Of a DNA stretch of 64,000 nucleotides, positions 13,615-26,425 are shown one piece after another. The notes beneath the pieces were generated by a model that saw only the letters and a program-made list of their open reading frames with translations, did not search any database and was not told the DNA's origin. Both the position numbers and the translations under genes were made by a program. Origin of the DNA: Octopus vulgaris (Eukaryota); NCBI GenBank assembly GCA_951406725.2, contig OX597833.1, positions 46,624,001-46,688,000 of the forward strand, in the 5' to 3' direction. Positions within the stretch are counted from its first letter, which is position 1; each line of letters starts with the position of its first letter.

Positions 13615-14112
13615 TGCCAAGGTTGACTTTGCCTTTCATCCTTTCAGGGTCGATAAATAAAGTACCAGTTATTTCACTGGGGTCGATGTAATCGACTTAA
13701 TCCCTTTGTCTGTCCTTGTTTGTCCTCTCTCTGTTTAACCCCTTGTGGGTAGTAAAGAAATAGGTATTTCGTCTGCCACTATGTTCTGAGTTCAAATTCC
13801 GCTGAGGTCGACTTTGCTTTTCATCCTTTCGGGGTCCATAAAGAAAGTACCAATTATTTCACTGGGGTCGATGTAATCGACTTAATCCCTTTGTCTGTCC
13901 TCTCTATGTTTAACCCCTTGTGGGTAGTAAAGAAATAGGTATTTCGTCTACTGCTATGTTCTAAGTTCAAATTCCGCTGAGGTCGACTTTGCCTTTTATC
14001 CTTTCAAGGTCGATAAATAAAGTACCAGTTATTTCACTGGGGTCGATGTAATCAATTTAATCCCTTTGTCTGTCCTTGTTTGTCCTCTCTATGTTTAGCC
14101 CCTTGTGGGCAA
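13615..14112 (+). repeat. head-to-tail trimer of SINE family M body (about 175-185-bp unit)
   Basis: gactttgcc/tttcatcc...cccttgtggg occurs three times in tandem. Confidence 0.88.
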
Positions 14113-14785
14113 AAAAAAAAAATACAGACATATATCACCTGCTGAGTCTTTGAGCACTCTCTGCGATTAAATGTCTCACTTAGACAAAATAAAATTGTAC
14201 TTTAGTACAAGCTCATGTGTTTCTATCTGTATGTGTGTGTGCATGTATATTTGTGTGTGGGTGTACGTACATGCATGTGCACATGTATGTGTCTGTTTGT
14301 GTGTGTGTGTGTGTGTGTTTGAGAGTCCATATGTAATCAGACATATATCTGTGCACAGATAGATGTACATGTTTAAATAAATTAACAATTCATTATCAAC
14401 ATTATCAATAGTATTAGTACTAATAACAGCAGTGGTAGTAGTTTTAGTATTAAGAGAAGCAGCACCAACAACAATAGCAACAAAAGTAACATCGGTAACA
14501 GTATTAAGTACTTTATTGTATTAGTATCAATAGAAATAACTCTGATAGTAATTAGTAGTAAAGGTTTCTGGTTTAGACCCAAGGCCAGCAATTTTTGAGT
14601 GGGTGTAGTTGCTACCATCTTCTTCACCCCCAACAAGTAAGCATTTGACCAGTATTTCATTTTATCAAACCTGAAAGGATGAAAACTAAAGCTGACCTTA
14701 GTAGCTTTGAACTTAGACTGTAAAGGGCTCCCTAACTACTTAGCACAGGTCATTTTGTCTAATGCTCCAATAATTCTGCCAATCC

Positions 14786-14880
14786 CCCCACCACCACCAC
14801 CACCACCATCATCATCAGTAGTTGTAGTGGTGGTGGTGGTTGTAGTAGTAGTAGTAGTGGTGGTGGTGGTGGTGGTGGTT

Positions 14881-14918
<38 letters not shown>
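14786..14918. repeat. compound CCA/GTA/GTG trinucleotide microsatellite
   Basis: Direct reading. Confidence 0.9.
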
Positions 14919-15277
14919 TAATGCACATGCTCCATGCTGACATGGATTGGCCAGTTTATCAGGATCCAATGGGGTCAAGAACTGCTTTGTGCTCCAGGGT
15001 CTGCTTTGGCAAGGTTTCTATGGCTGGGTACCTTTTCTAACGACAATCATGTTACAGCAAGTACTAGATGTGTTTTTTGGAGTTTTTTTTTTTGAGCCAC
15101 CAACAATAGTGAGACTGTCATGCAGTTTTCAAGACTACAAACCCCCAAGAAAGCAACTCTATGCTAGGAGATGAAGGGCAAAAGATGGGTAAAAATATGA
15201 CAGAAGGGGCCAGAGAGAAAAAGGTTTCTTGTCGTAAAGAAGCTATATGACTGCTCCCATTTTCTAAGAGAGGGTAA

Positions 15278-15700
15278 GGCGGGGAGTTGGCAGAAATGTT
15301 AGCACGCTGGGCAAAATGCTTAGCAGTATTTCATCTGCCATTATGTTCTGAGTTCAAATTCCACCGAGGTCGACTTTGTCTTTCATCCTTTCAGGGTCGA
15401 TAAATTAAGTACCAGTTACCAAGTTACGCACTGTGGTCGACGTAATCGACTTAATCCCTTTGTCTGACCTTGTTTGTCCCCTCTATGTTTAGTCCCTTGT
15501 GGGTAATAAAGAAACAGGTATTTCTTCTGCCGCTACGTTCAGAGTTCAAATTCTACCGAGGTCGACTTTGCCTTTCATCCTTTCAGGGTCGATAAATTAA
15601 GTACCAAGTTACGCACTGTGGTCGACGTAATCGACTTAATCCCTTTGTCTGTCCTTGTTTGTCCTCTCTATGTTTAGTCCCTTGTGGGCAATAAAGAAAT
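15278..15700 (+). repeat. SINE family M with tandemly duplicated body
   Basis: One head followed by two body units. Confidence 0.85.
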
Positions 15701-18054
15701 ATGAGAGGGTAAGAGTGAGCAAATGGAACCAGAAAGCAATAGAAGTGGGGGAGTGGGAGATAAATAACAATGCTGAACAGCAGAATAGTACTGATGAAAC
15801 GGTGGACAAGAGGAGAATGATGTTGGGCAGGTTGCAGAAATGGATAGGGAAGAGAGAGAAAGGCATGATATATGAAGAGAGTAAAAACTGTATGGTGATA
15901 AAGGAGGATGGACTGCAGTCTATCAATTGGGAATCTAAAAAATAACAGTCTTACAAATTGTAAAAACAATAGCTAAAAAATAACAGTCTTACCAAGTGAA
16001 TACAATATGTTCCTCTGTGGAAGTCAAGCAAGGCTGAAACATGTCTATTGTTTTCATTATTTGGCTGTCAAGATTGAATCCATCTAATATGCAATGTCTA
16101 TGTCGTCTAAAAGTTTAACTCCTCTGACCTGCTTTCAGTTATCTCCCTTGCTTTGAGTTATCTCCCTCTTTTTTAAAATTTAAACACCCATAAGGAAAAG
16201 TTTCTGTTTACTAATTGTTCGGATTATCTCAGTTGATTGAAGTTGTTCATCTCACTTAATTACATACCTGAGATACCCACTATATTTGTATTGACCATGC
16301 AGAACCCACCTCTCAGGTATTTTCCTTTCAACTATATTACTGACTTTCATTGGCTTGATTGGTACTTATACCAGTAATCCCACAAAGATGAAAGCATAAC
16401 AGAGTTTAAGCATAACGAGATTTGAATTCAGAACAAAACAAAACAAAACAAAAAAAAACAAAAACTACTATCTACTGTTATAACCACTCCACCTGCCAAA
16501 CTGCCAGATTATCTGGTCTAATCCATAAATAATCTTAGCACCAGGGTTGCAATCTTCCCAGTCAAAACACCAAACTACTCAATAGCCCTAAGCTGCAAAT
16601 AGGTACAATGCGGAAGTAGAGATGGCTACTGCATGCAGAAGAACTTGCTTTATAATTAATTGTTTGTTTTTTCTCAAGCCATGTCTGGCTCATAGGGCTG
16701 GTTTCCCAGTTTCCTTGGAGTATAGGTTTCCCACCTGGACGGGAGACTGGTCCATCACAGGTGAGCTGCAAGATGCAGGAGGAAAGAGTGAGAGAAAGTT
16801 GTGGCGAAAGAGTCAGCAGAAGTTCGCCATTACCTTCTGCCGGAGCTGCGTGGAGCGTAGGTCTTTTCGCTCATAAACACACACATTGCCCAGTCTGAGA
16901 TTCGAACCCATGATCCCTCAACCGCGAGTCCGCTGCTCTAACCACTAGGCCATGTGCCTCCACTTATAATTAATCATTGATGCTTTTATTTGTGTATAGT
17001 ACAAAGTTGTAATCAAACTAATAATGCTCCAGAGTATCCTACCTTACTAAGATGGGCCAGGTTTGGCCCATCTGAGTATGGTTTCTTTTTTTTTTTACCC
17101 ATTTCAGTTATTGGACTAAGGCCAGGCTGGGGCACCACCTTGGAGGAGAATCTTAGTCAAAGAAATAGACCCAACTAATTATTTTAAGGAGAAAAACAAC
17201 TACGTTTAAAACTATGTAGTAAGAGTCCTGGATAGTAAAGTTTATTTGCCAACATAACTGTGATACCATTAGCCGTGATACCAGTGCCGGTGGCACGTAA
17301 GAGAACTATCCGAACGTGGCCATTGCCAGTGCCGCCCCGACTGGCCTCCGTGCCGGTGGCACGTAAAAAGCACCATCCGATCATGGCCGTTTGCCAGCCT
17401 CGTCTGGCACCTGTGCCGGTGACACATAAAAAGCACCCACTACACTCACGGAGTGGTTGGTGTTAGGAAGGGCATCCAGCTGTAGAAACACTGCCAGATC
17501 AGACTGGGCCTGGTGCAGCCTTCTGGCTTCCCAGACCCCGATCGAACCGTCCAACCTATGCTAGCATGGAAAGCGGATGTTAAATGATGATGATGAAATG
17601 ATAACGTGGCAGTCCTGACTAGGAATATGTTACTGCTTTTTAACCCCACCAAAGCATCTTTTCCAGCTGTCTTGATAAACCAATCCTAGTCGGGACTGCC
17701 GCATTATGTTGGCAAATAAACTTTACTAATTATTTTTACTTTGGTACTTATTCTATCATTCTCTTTTGGTAAATCATAAAGTTATAGGGATGTAAACAAA
17801 CTAACACTGATTGTCAAGCAGTGGGGAAGGGTGACAAACACACACACACACGATAGGCTTCCACCTTCTGTCTACCAGGTTCACACACAAGCTCACAAGC
17901 CATTGGTTGACCCACAGCTATAGTAGAAGACATTTGCCAAAGATGCTATGCATCTAGATAATAAAAATTAATTTTTACTCATTACGGATTCCTATTGGGG
18001 TTTAATTATTTGGATATAGCCCCAGAAAGAGAATAAAGGGAAATAGGTAAAGAC

Positions 18055-18362
18055 CCCCAACCACTGGTCATGAATGACCATGGGATTGCACCTAGAAAGA
18101 TCCCTCCAAGGCACAAGTCCAGATAAGATTGTTTATGAAAGACCAGCAGTCGCCCATGCATACCGGCCTTCCCTCTCCACACCACCAATGTTATCCAAGG
18201 GAAAGGCAAAGGCTGATACAGCTTGACACCAGTGACATAGCAACTCATTCTTACAGCTGAGTGAACTGGAGCAACGTGAAATAAAGTGTCTTGCTCAAGA
18301 ACACAACACACAACCCAGTCCAGGAATTGAACTAACTACCTCTGAGCCATGTGCTTTCACAA
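18055..18362 (-). mobile_element. tRNA-derived SINE family D
   Basis: Matches the copy at about 59763-60095; shares ttgagcaagacact...ccagttcactcagctg on the minus strand. Confidence 0.75.
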
Positions 18363-19706
18363 AGCCCAGTACTCAGCTGGTATTTATCTGAGTCAATGAG
18401 AGAGCCAGTACCTGATTGCTCAAACTGCTAAAAATAGCAGCCAAATCTCTCTAAAATTCCACCCTAGTAACCTTAGAATAGGACATCATCATCTGAACCA
18501 GAAACCTCATGGTTTCAAAGAGAGCTTCATAATGACACAACCATGCCAGATCATATAACAGAATTTTCATTATTTATTTATTTATTTTAACTATTTTACT
18601 TGTTTCAGTCATTTGACTGTGGCCATGCTGGAGCACCACCTTTAGTCAAACAAATCGACCCCAGGACTTTGTAAGCCTAGTACTTATTCTATCGGTCTCT
18701 TTTGCTGAACTGCTAAGTTACGGGGATGTAAACACATCAACATCGGTTGTCAAGCAATGTTGGGGGACAAACACAGACACACAAACACACACACACACAT
18801 ACATATATACGACAATTTCCGTCTACCAAATCCACTCACAAGGCTTTGGTCAGCCCGAGGCTATAGTCGAAGACACTTGCCCAAGGTGCCACACAGTGGG
18901 ACTGAACCCGGAACTATGTGGTTCATAAGCAAGCTACTTACCACACAGCCACTCCTATGCAAAGCTATATACTGAATTCTCTGTGTGGATGAGTATATGA
19001 AAAGCTGGAATTATCCCCAATATACCACTGGTATTCATTTACTAAACCTCCATCTAAAGATTAAAGGGAAATTGTAAAACATTTGACTCCACAGACTGCT
19101 ATTTCTATTAACACAAGGCACAAGGCAACCAGGGAGATTTTATGTAATCAGTTCACCTTCTTTGTGAAAATAGTAACCAGATTTGCCTTTTAACTTTTGT
19201 TTCAGCCATTAGACTGAGACCATGCTGGAGCACCATCTTAAAAGATTTTTAGTTGACGGTATTGACCCCAGTGCATTTTTTTTTTTTTTTGAAGCCTTGT
19301 ACTTATTCTATATGTCCCTTTTGTTGAACTGCTAAGTTATGGGGACGTAAACACACCAACACCAGTTGTCAAGCAGTGGTGGGGGGAAAAACACAGGCAC
19401 AAAGATACACGCATATAGTAAAAAGCACCATCTGAATGTGGTTGATGCCAGTGGCCCCTAACTGGCTTCCATGCCAGTGGCACAAAAAAATCACCATCTG
19501 AATGTGGTCGATACCAATGACCCCTGACTGGTTCCTGTGGCATGTAAAAAGCATCCACTCCACTCTCAGAGTGGTTGGCATTAGGAAGGGCATCCAGCTG
19601 TAGAAACCTTGCCAGATCAGACTGGAGCCTGGTGCACCCTACTGGCTTGCCAATCCTCAGTCAAACCAGCATGGAAAGTGGACGATAAACAGTGATGATG
19701 ATGATG

Positions 19707-19736
<30 letters not shown>

Positions 19737-19737
<1 letters not shown>

Positions 19738-19923
19738 AAATTAGAAAGAACCACCTTTTATCAATTCAAAATACCAATTATATATGTTTTTATTATTTTT
19801 TGCAATTTACTTAATCATTGGTATATTATTGTTATTTTAATTTTAATATTTCTATTATATGTAATTTTCTAGATGGTGTAATTTAATTGTTCATTTTGAA
19901 TTGATAAAAGGTGGTTCTTTCTA

Positions 19924-19928
<5 letters not shown>
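19737..19928. repeat. short AT-rich element with 36-bp terminal inverted repeats in a (TA)n tract
   Basis: aaaattagaaagaaccaccttttatcaattcaaaat at 19737-19772 and its exact complement at 19893-19928. Confidence 0.75.
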
Positions 19929-19971
<43 letters not shown>

Positions 19972-20048
19972 GTGTGAAATTTGATTTAGTATTTCTAAAT
20001 TGAATTTTTTCCCTGTAAGTTAGGATTAATATTCCCTCAAATAATTAT

Positions 20049-20105
<57 letters not shown>

Positions 20106-20464
20106 TAACTGGATTCTTTCGGTTTCAATCTACCAAATCTACTCACAAGGCTTTGGTCAAACTGAGGTTATCGTAGAAAACACTTGTCCCCAAGGCACTG
20201 TGCAGTGTGGGACTGAACCTGGAACTATGTAGTTGGGAAGCAAATTTCTTATCACACAGCCACACCAGTGCCTTTCAAATCATGCACCCTACCGTTACCA
20301 TATTGAAAAGAAGAGAGAGGAAAGCTTATTTAATAGTCCAAGAAACCCAATGTGAAACAGAATGCTGAGAGAATCATTGGAGGATTACCTTTGACCTTAA
20401 GTCTTCTCAATCAGAGTTCTGATCTAGACCTCAACACCAACAACAAACTCGTTACCACATGCCC

Positions 20465-20497
<33 letters not shown>

Positions 20498-20932
20498 CAG
20501 TAGTAGTAGTAGTTAGAGTTAGAGTTAGCAAGCAAGCAAGCAAAGGGAAAAGAAACTAAATAGTTAAACAATGCAGTAAATATTCCAAGAACCAAACCGA
20601 AATAAGGCTTTGTCCGAGAAGGAATTGTTTGAGGTAAGCAAGCAATTCGTAGGGGAAGAAGAGGAGCTGGAAAAAGTAAAAAATAAAAAACAAAACAAGG
20701 GTATGGCAGGAATTGCAAAAAAAAAAAAATATGAGTAAAGTCGGCAAAGAATTAAATAAATGACAATAAGCAAGAATGGGAGGAGTTATATTCATATATA
20801 TCTTAGATTTACTTAATTTAACCTTTTGCCTGTCATATTTACCAGGCATTCATTCATCATTTATGATACACATTTTCAATTTATTTTGAGCCACCAGAGT
20901 AACTGCGGACTTATGAAAGGAAAGCTTTATAT

Positions 20933-21736
20933 GAATCTTTTCCTTTTGAACAGCACTTTTTAACATAATTTCTAGGTAACTAAAAAGTTTTAAACTTCGT
21001 ATACTGGTAGAATGTGTTTATAAAACATCATTTCCTCTTGGCTTCATTGAGAAAATTTTATAGGTTGTAAGATATTTCGTCTTTAATTTCGAGCATTTTG
21101 GCAATTTTAACCAATCGCTGACGTCCATTTAGGTAAATAACATTCTGTGCATAATGAATATGTCCCTCCTTTAAGAAACAGATTGGGTTTATTTACATTT
21201 GTGAAGAAAAAGATACCCTTCCCCAACCCTAACTCTAAATCTAAAATAGATTGAAATGCAATAGATCGATACTAGGGCCATAATTATGGGTGACATTTTC
21301 ATTTGACACCACTAGAAAAAAATCCCATTTTCTATAGCGGTGTCGTATGAAATTGTCACCCATAATTATAACCCTAGTATCGATCTATTGCATTTCAATC
21401 TATTTAAGATTTAGGGTTAGGGTTAGGGTTAGGGCTAGGGGTGGGGGAAGGGTATATTTTTTCTTCACAAATGTAAATAAACCCAATCTGTTTCTTAAAG
21501 GAGGGACATATTCATTATGCACAGAATGTTATTTACCTAAATGGACGTAAATGATTGGTTAAAATTGCCGAAATGCTCGAAATTAAAGACGAAATATGTT
21601 ACAACATATAGAATTTTCTCAATAAAGCCAAGAAAAAATGATGTTTTATAAACACATTCTACCAGTATACGAAGTTTAAAACTTTTTAGTTACCTAGAAA
21701 TTATGTTACAAAGTGCCATTCAAAAGGAAAAGATCC
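20933..21736. mobile_element. 804-bp fold-back MITE, Merlin- or MULE-like, containing TTAGGG repeats
   Basis: Palindromic along its length (centre about 21320). Termini G(A)ATCTTTTCC / GGAAAAGATCC; perfect 8-bp TSD CTTTATAT at 20925-20932 and 21737-21744; (TTAGGG)4 at 21411-21434. Confidence 0.85.
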
Positions 21737-21930
21737 CTTTATATTACTCAAAATGTATGAAACAAGGTCTCACTAAAAATCTGAAAACAAGCATGGATAT
21801 TTAGGAAAAACATATGTAAATGCTTTTGATAGGCAAAAGGTTAAATAAAGAACTTAATGTACATTAAAAGCAGAGTCTGTGACATTGAATAATAATATAC
21901 TGTTACAAACTTGATGATATGAAGTTAAAG

Positions 21931-22161
21931 CAGTGTTTTTTGAGCTATGGACCCTTTAGTTCCAATTTTACTCAGATGGACACCCCTAGCCAATCGATGT
22001 TTAGAAATCCTATTATATTTTTATAACTAGCTATTGTTAGGAACTGAATAAAAAACAAATTGTTAAAACATCTTGTGTTTTGTAGAAGTATAACGAATCT
22101 ATTGCATATAAATTTTAATAGCCAAAATCTTATATTGACCCCCCTGGATTAAGAAACACTG
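21931..22161. mobile_element. old hAT-like MITE
   Basis: CAGTGTTT.../...AAACACTG termini; imperfect 8-bp TSD agttaaag/gattaaag. Confidence 0.65.
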
Positions 22162-22312
22162 GATTAAAGCTTGTAAAAATATAATTAATACACATAAACA
22201 CGCATTTATACAGACACACAAGTAAGTGAAATCGTAGTACTCAGTACATATAATTTCATTTGTTTAATTAGAAGAATCTGCAGTGGAATATATAGTTGGT
22301 ACAAGGTGTTGA

Positions 22313-22561
22313 GGATCACCAAGCATAGACTGACATATTTTGGTCATATTATGCGGAGAAAATCCCTGAAGAAGGACATCATGCTCAGAATGGTCAGTGG
22401 CAAGAGAGGAAGAGGTCGACCAAGAACCCGCTGGCTTGACACCATCAAAAGTGATACGGGAATGGACATAGCCAATTTGAAAGAAGCGGCCCAGGATAGA
22501 ACTGGTTGGAGGACACAGATCCATCGAGTAACAGCGAGTCGACTTCGACTGAGCGGATAGA
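22313..22561 (+). mobile_element. 5'-truncated RTE-like LINE 3' end
   Basis: RLTYFGHIMRR...GKRGRGRPRTRWLDTIK...AAQDRTGWR; perfect 13-bp TSD TACAAGGTGTTGA at 22300-22312 and 22562-22574. Confidence 0.9.
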
Positions 22562-23791
22562 TACAAGGTGTTGAAGTGGCTGCATGTATGTTAATACAAG
22601 AGTTCATATAGAGATGAAAGAATAAATTCAGAATATATTTTATTCCTTTATCGATGATGATACATAGAATCAAATTGTAGAATCTAATTGAATGAAGTAA
22701 TCTATGCAAGAAAGTTCAGAGATAGGAAATGTAGAAATAACAGCTAAGTGGTGGTTTTCAGTCATGTGGCGTCGAGAAATAGATGGACATAGCAATGACG
22801 CAACTGGCTCTAAGTCTAATTGACTATGAAACTGTTTTTATAAATGGAACACTAAACATTCTAGAAACTTCCAAGAGAAATGCTAAGCTTCTTGAATAAT
22901 CAAGAATCACATCTCATGACACAGATGCTTCGAGAAACTTAGAGAAGGGAGGTTACTCTATGATCTTTCTTGCAAGGGAGATCATTCAACTATCTAGCTA
23001 CCACTACAAATCTGATGATTTACTCTGACTGTATTCTGAGTTTCTCACAATAAATGATTATGAGTGAAGGTGCCTGGCTTAGTGGTTAGGGTATCCAGCT
23101 CTTGATCACAAGATTGTGAGTTCGATTCCTAGTGGCATGTTGTGTCCTTGAGCAAGACACTATATTTAACATTGCTCCAGTCCACTCAGTTGGCAAATAT
23201 GAGTTGTACCTGTAATTTAAAGGGACCAGCCTTGACACATACTGTGTCATGCTGAATCTCTCTGAGAATTACATTAAGAGTATGCATGTCTGTGGAATAC
23301 TCAACCACTTGCATGTTAATTTCATGAGCAGCAAGCTGTTCCGTTGAATGGATCAACTGGAATGCTCCTTACCATAACTGACGGAATACCATCAATAAAT
23401 GATTACAACAACAAACTCTGAGTAGCAACGGAGAGAAGTGAGTAACCAGTTTCTTCTAAACACAGTGGAAGCTAATTGTGATCACTTTTCAGATGCTGCT
23501 TTCTTGATAACAATAACCAGCTTTTAACATTAGGCAAATCAAGAGTTTAAGATTCATTAATTTTGAGAACAATAATCACTAGATAACATTATTTTCTATT
23601 ATAATAACCAGCTTCTACAATGTATGTGTGTATATCTGTGTATGAAAGAGAGAGAGAGAGAGAGAGTAGACTATTGGTTTTCAACCAGGGTTCATATAAC
23701 CCTTGGTGGGGTCCACATAAGATTTTGTTGTTAAAACTTATCTGCAATAAACTGGTTATCCTTCAACAAAACACAAAACATTTTATCTTTT

Positions 23792-24110
23792 GTTGTGTCT
23801 GGAGAGAGTCATTTTCTTTTTGTGCCTTATAATGTAACACACTCACCAGTAAAATTTCCACTTTTTTCCTTTTTTTTTATTTTTATTTTCTTAAAATTTT
23901 TGTTGCGTCTTGCAAAACTATTGAAAAGGTTGCAAAATGCAATGAAAATTTTAGGAAAATAAAAATTTAAAAAAAGAAAGAAAAAAGTGGAAATTTTACC
24001 AGTGAGTGTGTTACATTATAAGGCACAAAAAGAAAATGACTTCCCAGACCCAACAGAATATGCTTCAACACACGAACTCATATAAAGAACCTTGCAAACC
24101 AAATCCAAAA
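23792..24110. repeat. asymmetric palindromic insertion carrying a hammerhead-like motif
   Basis: Arms about 23792-23915 and 23930-24056; the right arm extends to about 24110 and matches a copy at 49564-49677 in reverse. Confidence 0.8.
23918..23954 (+). ncRNA. minimal hammerhead-like motif with U3-A8 core
   Basis: CTA-TTGAAAA-G-GTTGC-aaaat-GCAAT-GAAAATTT-TAG; the opposite arm reads TTGC-aagac-GCAAC for helix II. Confidence 0.4.
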
Positions 24111-26307
24111 TTGAAATATTTTAAACTTTTCTTTTTCATACAGTTCATAATGATATATAAGTATAAAAATATAATGGGACTTTTCTAAACATTAAATGCT
24201 TATTAGGGTCCAATGGAGTAAAATAGGAATCAAAAGGGTCTATAGGCGAAAAAAAAAAAATAGTTGAGAACCATTGATACAGACAAAGAGAGAGGAAAGG
24301 TATACATATTCAAAGGTATATACAGAATTAATATCATCCATGTATATTATCTAACAGATATATAAGGAAGAAATTAGAATATTTACATCCACATCCTTGT
24401 TTTTCTTTCATGGCTTATGTTTTATTTTTAATGGGTTAGTTAAAAATGCAAGAGAAATTCTCAAGACTCTTTTTAGGGTCTCCAAGACTAGGTAAGAAGG
24501 ATGGGTGGAAGTTATCATCAGGCTGGTGAGCTGGCCCCAATGCGTGTAGCCAGAGTAAACTTAGTTAGATGTACCTGAGCAAGACAGGGTATCATACTGT
24601 TAAAACCAGACGACAAGTGAAAAATATAATGTAGATGTAAATATTTTAAAAAATTATATTCTCAACAACGACAACAACTCCTCTTGAACATTTAAACATC
24701 AATAAAGAAATGATTTCTATTGATATGTAAAAATGGTGAATTTGTGAATGCATAAGGAAGGAGTAAAGTCAATTGAATCAGCAGTCAACCTCAATATATC
24801 ACTGGTATTTTAGTAGCAAGCATGCCTCTGTGATTTATGTTCATTTAACACTGAATCACTAAAACAGGAATTGCCACTGAGCTTTTAGTTTAAATTCCCA
24901 CTACTTATATCATAATAATAATAATCATAATAATAATAATAATGATAACTCTTTCTTTTAACGACACATGGCCTGAAACTTTGGGGGAGGAGACTAGTTG
25001 TTTACATTAATCCCAGTACGTAACCGGTATTGAAAAGATGAATGGCAAAGTCCACCTCAGCAGAATTTGAACTCAGAACATGCAGATGGACAAAATGCTG
25101 CTAAGCATTTATCTCAGTATGCTATTGATTCTGCCAGGTGTTTTATTTTTCAGCTAACCAGATCAAGCCTTTCACACCTACCCTACAATTTCATTCTAAA
25201 AATAAACAAGCATGTAATCAAACATGGCTTAGTGGTCAGGGAATTCAGCTTATGATCATGAGACCATGAGTTCAGTTTCTGGCAGTGTGCTATGTCCTTG
25301 AGCAAGTCACTTTGTTTCACCTTGCCCCAGTTCACTTAGCTGGCAAAAATGTGTAGTACTTGTAATTCAAAGAGCCAACTTTGTCACATTCTGTGTCACA
25401 CTGAATCTCTCTGAGAACTATGTTAAGGGTAGACTTGTCTGTGGAATGCTCAGCCACTTGCATGTGAATCCCATGAGCAAGTTGTTCCGTTGATCGGATC
25501 AACTGGAGCCTTCAATGTCAAAACCAACAGATTGTCCATCTACATTTGACACAGTAATCATCATCATCATCAATTAATGTCCGCTTTCCATGCTAGCATG
25601 GGTTGGACGATTTTGACTGAGGGCTGGCAAACCAGATGGCTGCACCAAGCTCCAATCTTGATCTGGCAGAGTTTCTACAGCTGGATGCCCTTCCTAGCGC
25701 CAACTACTCCGAGAGTGTAGTGGGTGCGTTTTACATGCCACCGGCACGGGGGCCAGTCAGGCAGTACTGGCAACAACCTCGCTCGAATCTTTTTACACAT
25801 GCCACCAGCACAGGTGCTAGTAAGGCGACGCTGGTAATGATCACGCTCAAATGCCACCAGCACGGAAGCCAGTTAGCCGCTCTGGCAATGATCATGCTCG
25901 GATGGTGCTCTTAGCACTACTTGCATGGCACAAGTGCCAGTAAGGCGACGAATGTTAAAGGGTTAAATTTAACTCCTTACAAACTGGAAACAGTACTGAC
26001 CACATCGAAACCCAACCCTGTGTGTGTGAGCAATGGAATGTCTCTCTCTGAGCAGCACCATGTTTTCAAATATGCCACACCTGAGAAGAATCTGTAAATA
26101 CTTTGTAAAATTCCTTGTATGAAAAATTATATAGTGTAAGGGGACAATGAAATACACAGAATTTTTGGATGACTGCTGAAAACATAAGTATCTTGTTAAT
26201 GTGATGATGTAAAAATGAAAGTAGTTGATAAAACTGACCACTAACCAACTCCATTTATTCTATCAATATGCAAAATATCCATGTTAACCTCTTTAATAAT
26301 TACTTAC

Positions 26308-26425
26308 CTACGGTTATTTTGTCGGTTAGTCTTACGTACGGATCCCGAAGACCTTCTTTTCTGATTTTCTTGCTCATCTTTCATATCGAGAATTTTTTGT
26401 TTGATATCAGGATCATCACAGATGT
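26308..26425 (-). CDS. PPP1R16A: PPP1R16-like exon (118 bp)
   Basis: aag acceptor, gtaagt donor; (D)ICDDPDIKQKILDMKDEQENQKRRSSGSVRKTNRQNNR(S). Confidence 0.88.

Larger units (their letters stand above)
23672..24276. mobile_element. old hAT-like MITE with nested palindromic insertion
   Basis: Termini attggttttcaac / gttgagaaccatt; interrupted at about 23790-24110 by a different repeat. Confidence 0.55.

Noticed and set aside
18070-18160. twister or twister-sister-like motif in SINE family D (gcacaagtcc within catggg/cccatg)
   Set aside because: Only a short word match, on the antisense strand of the SINE; the required helices and conserved core could not be assembled.
21411-21440. true telomere or chromosome fusion site
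   Set aside because: Only 4-5 units, embedded in a TSD-flanked MITE.
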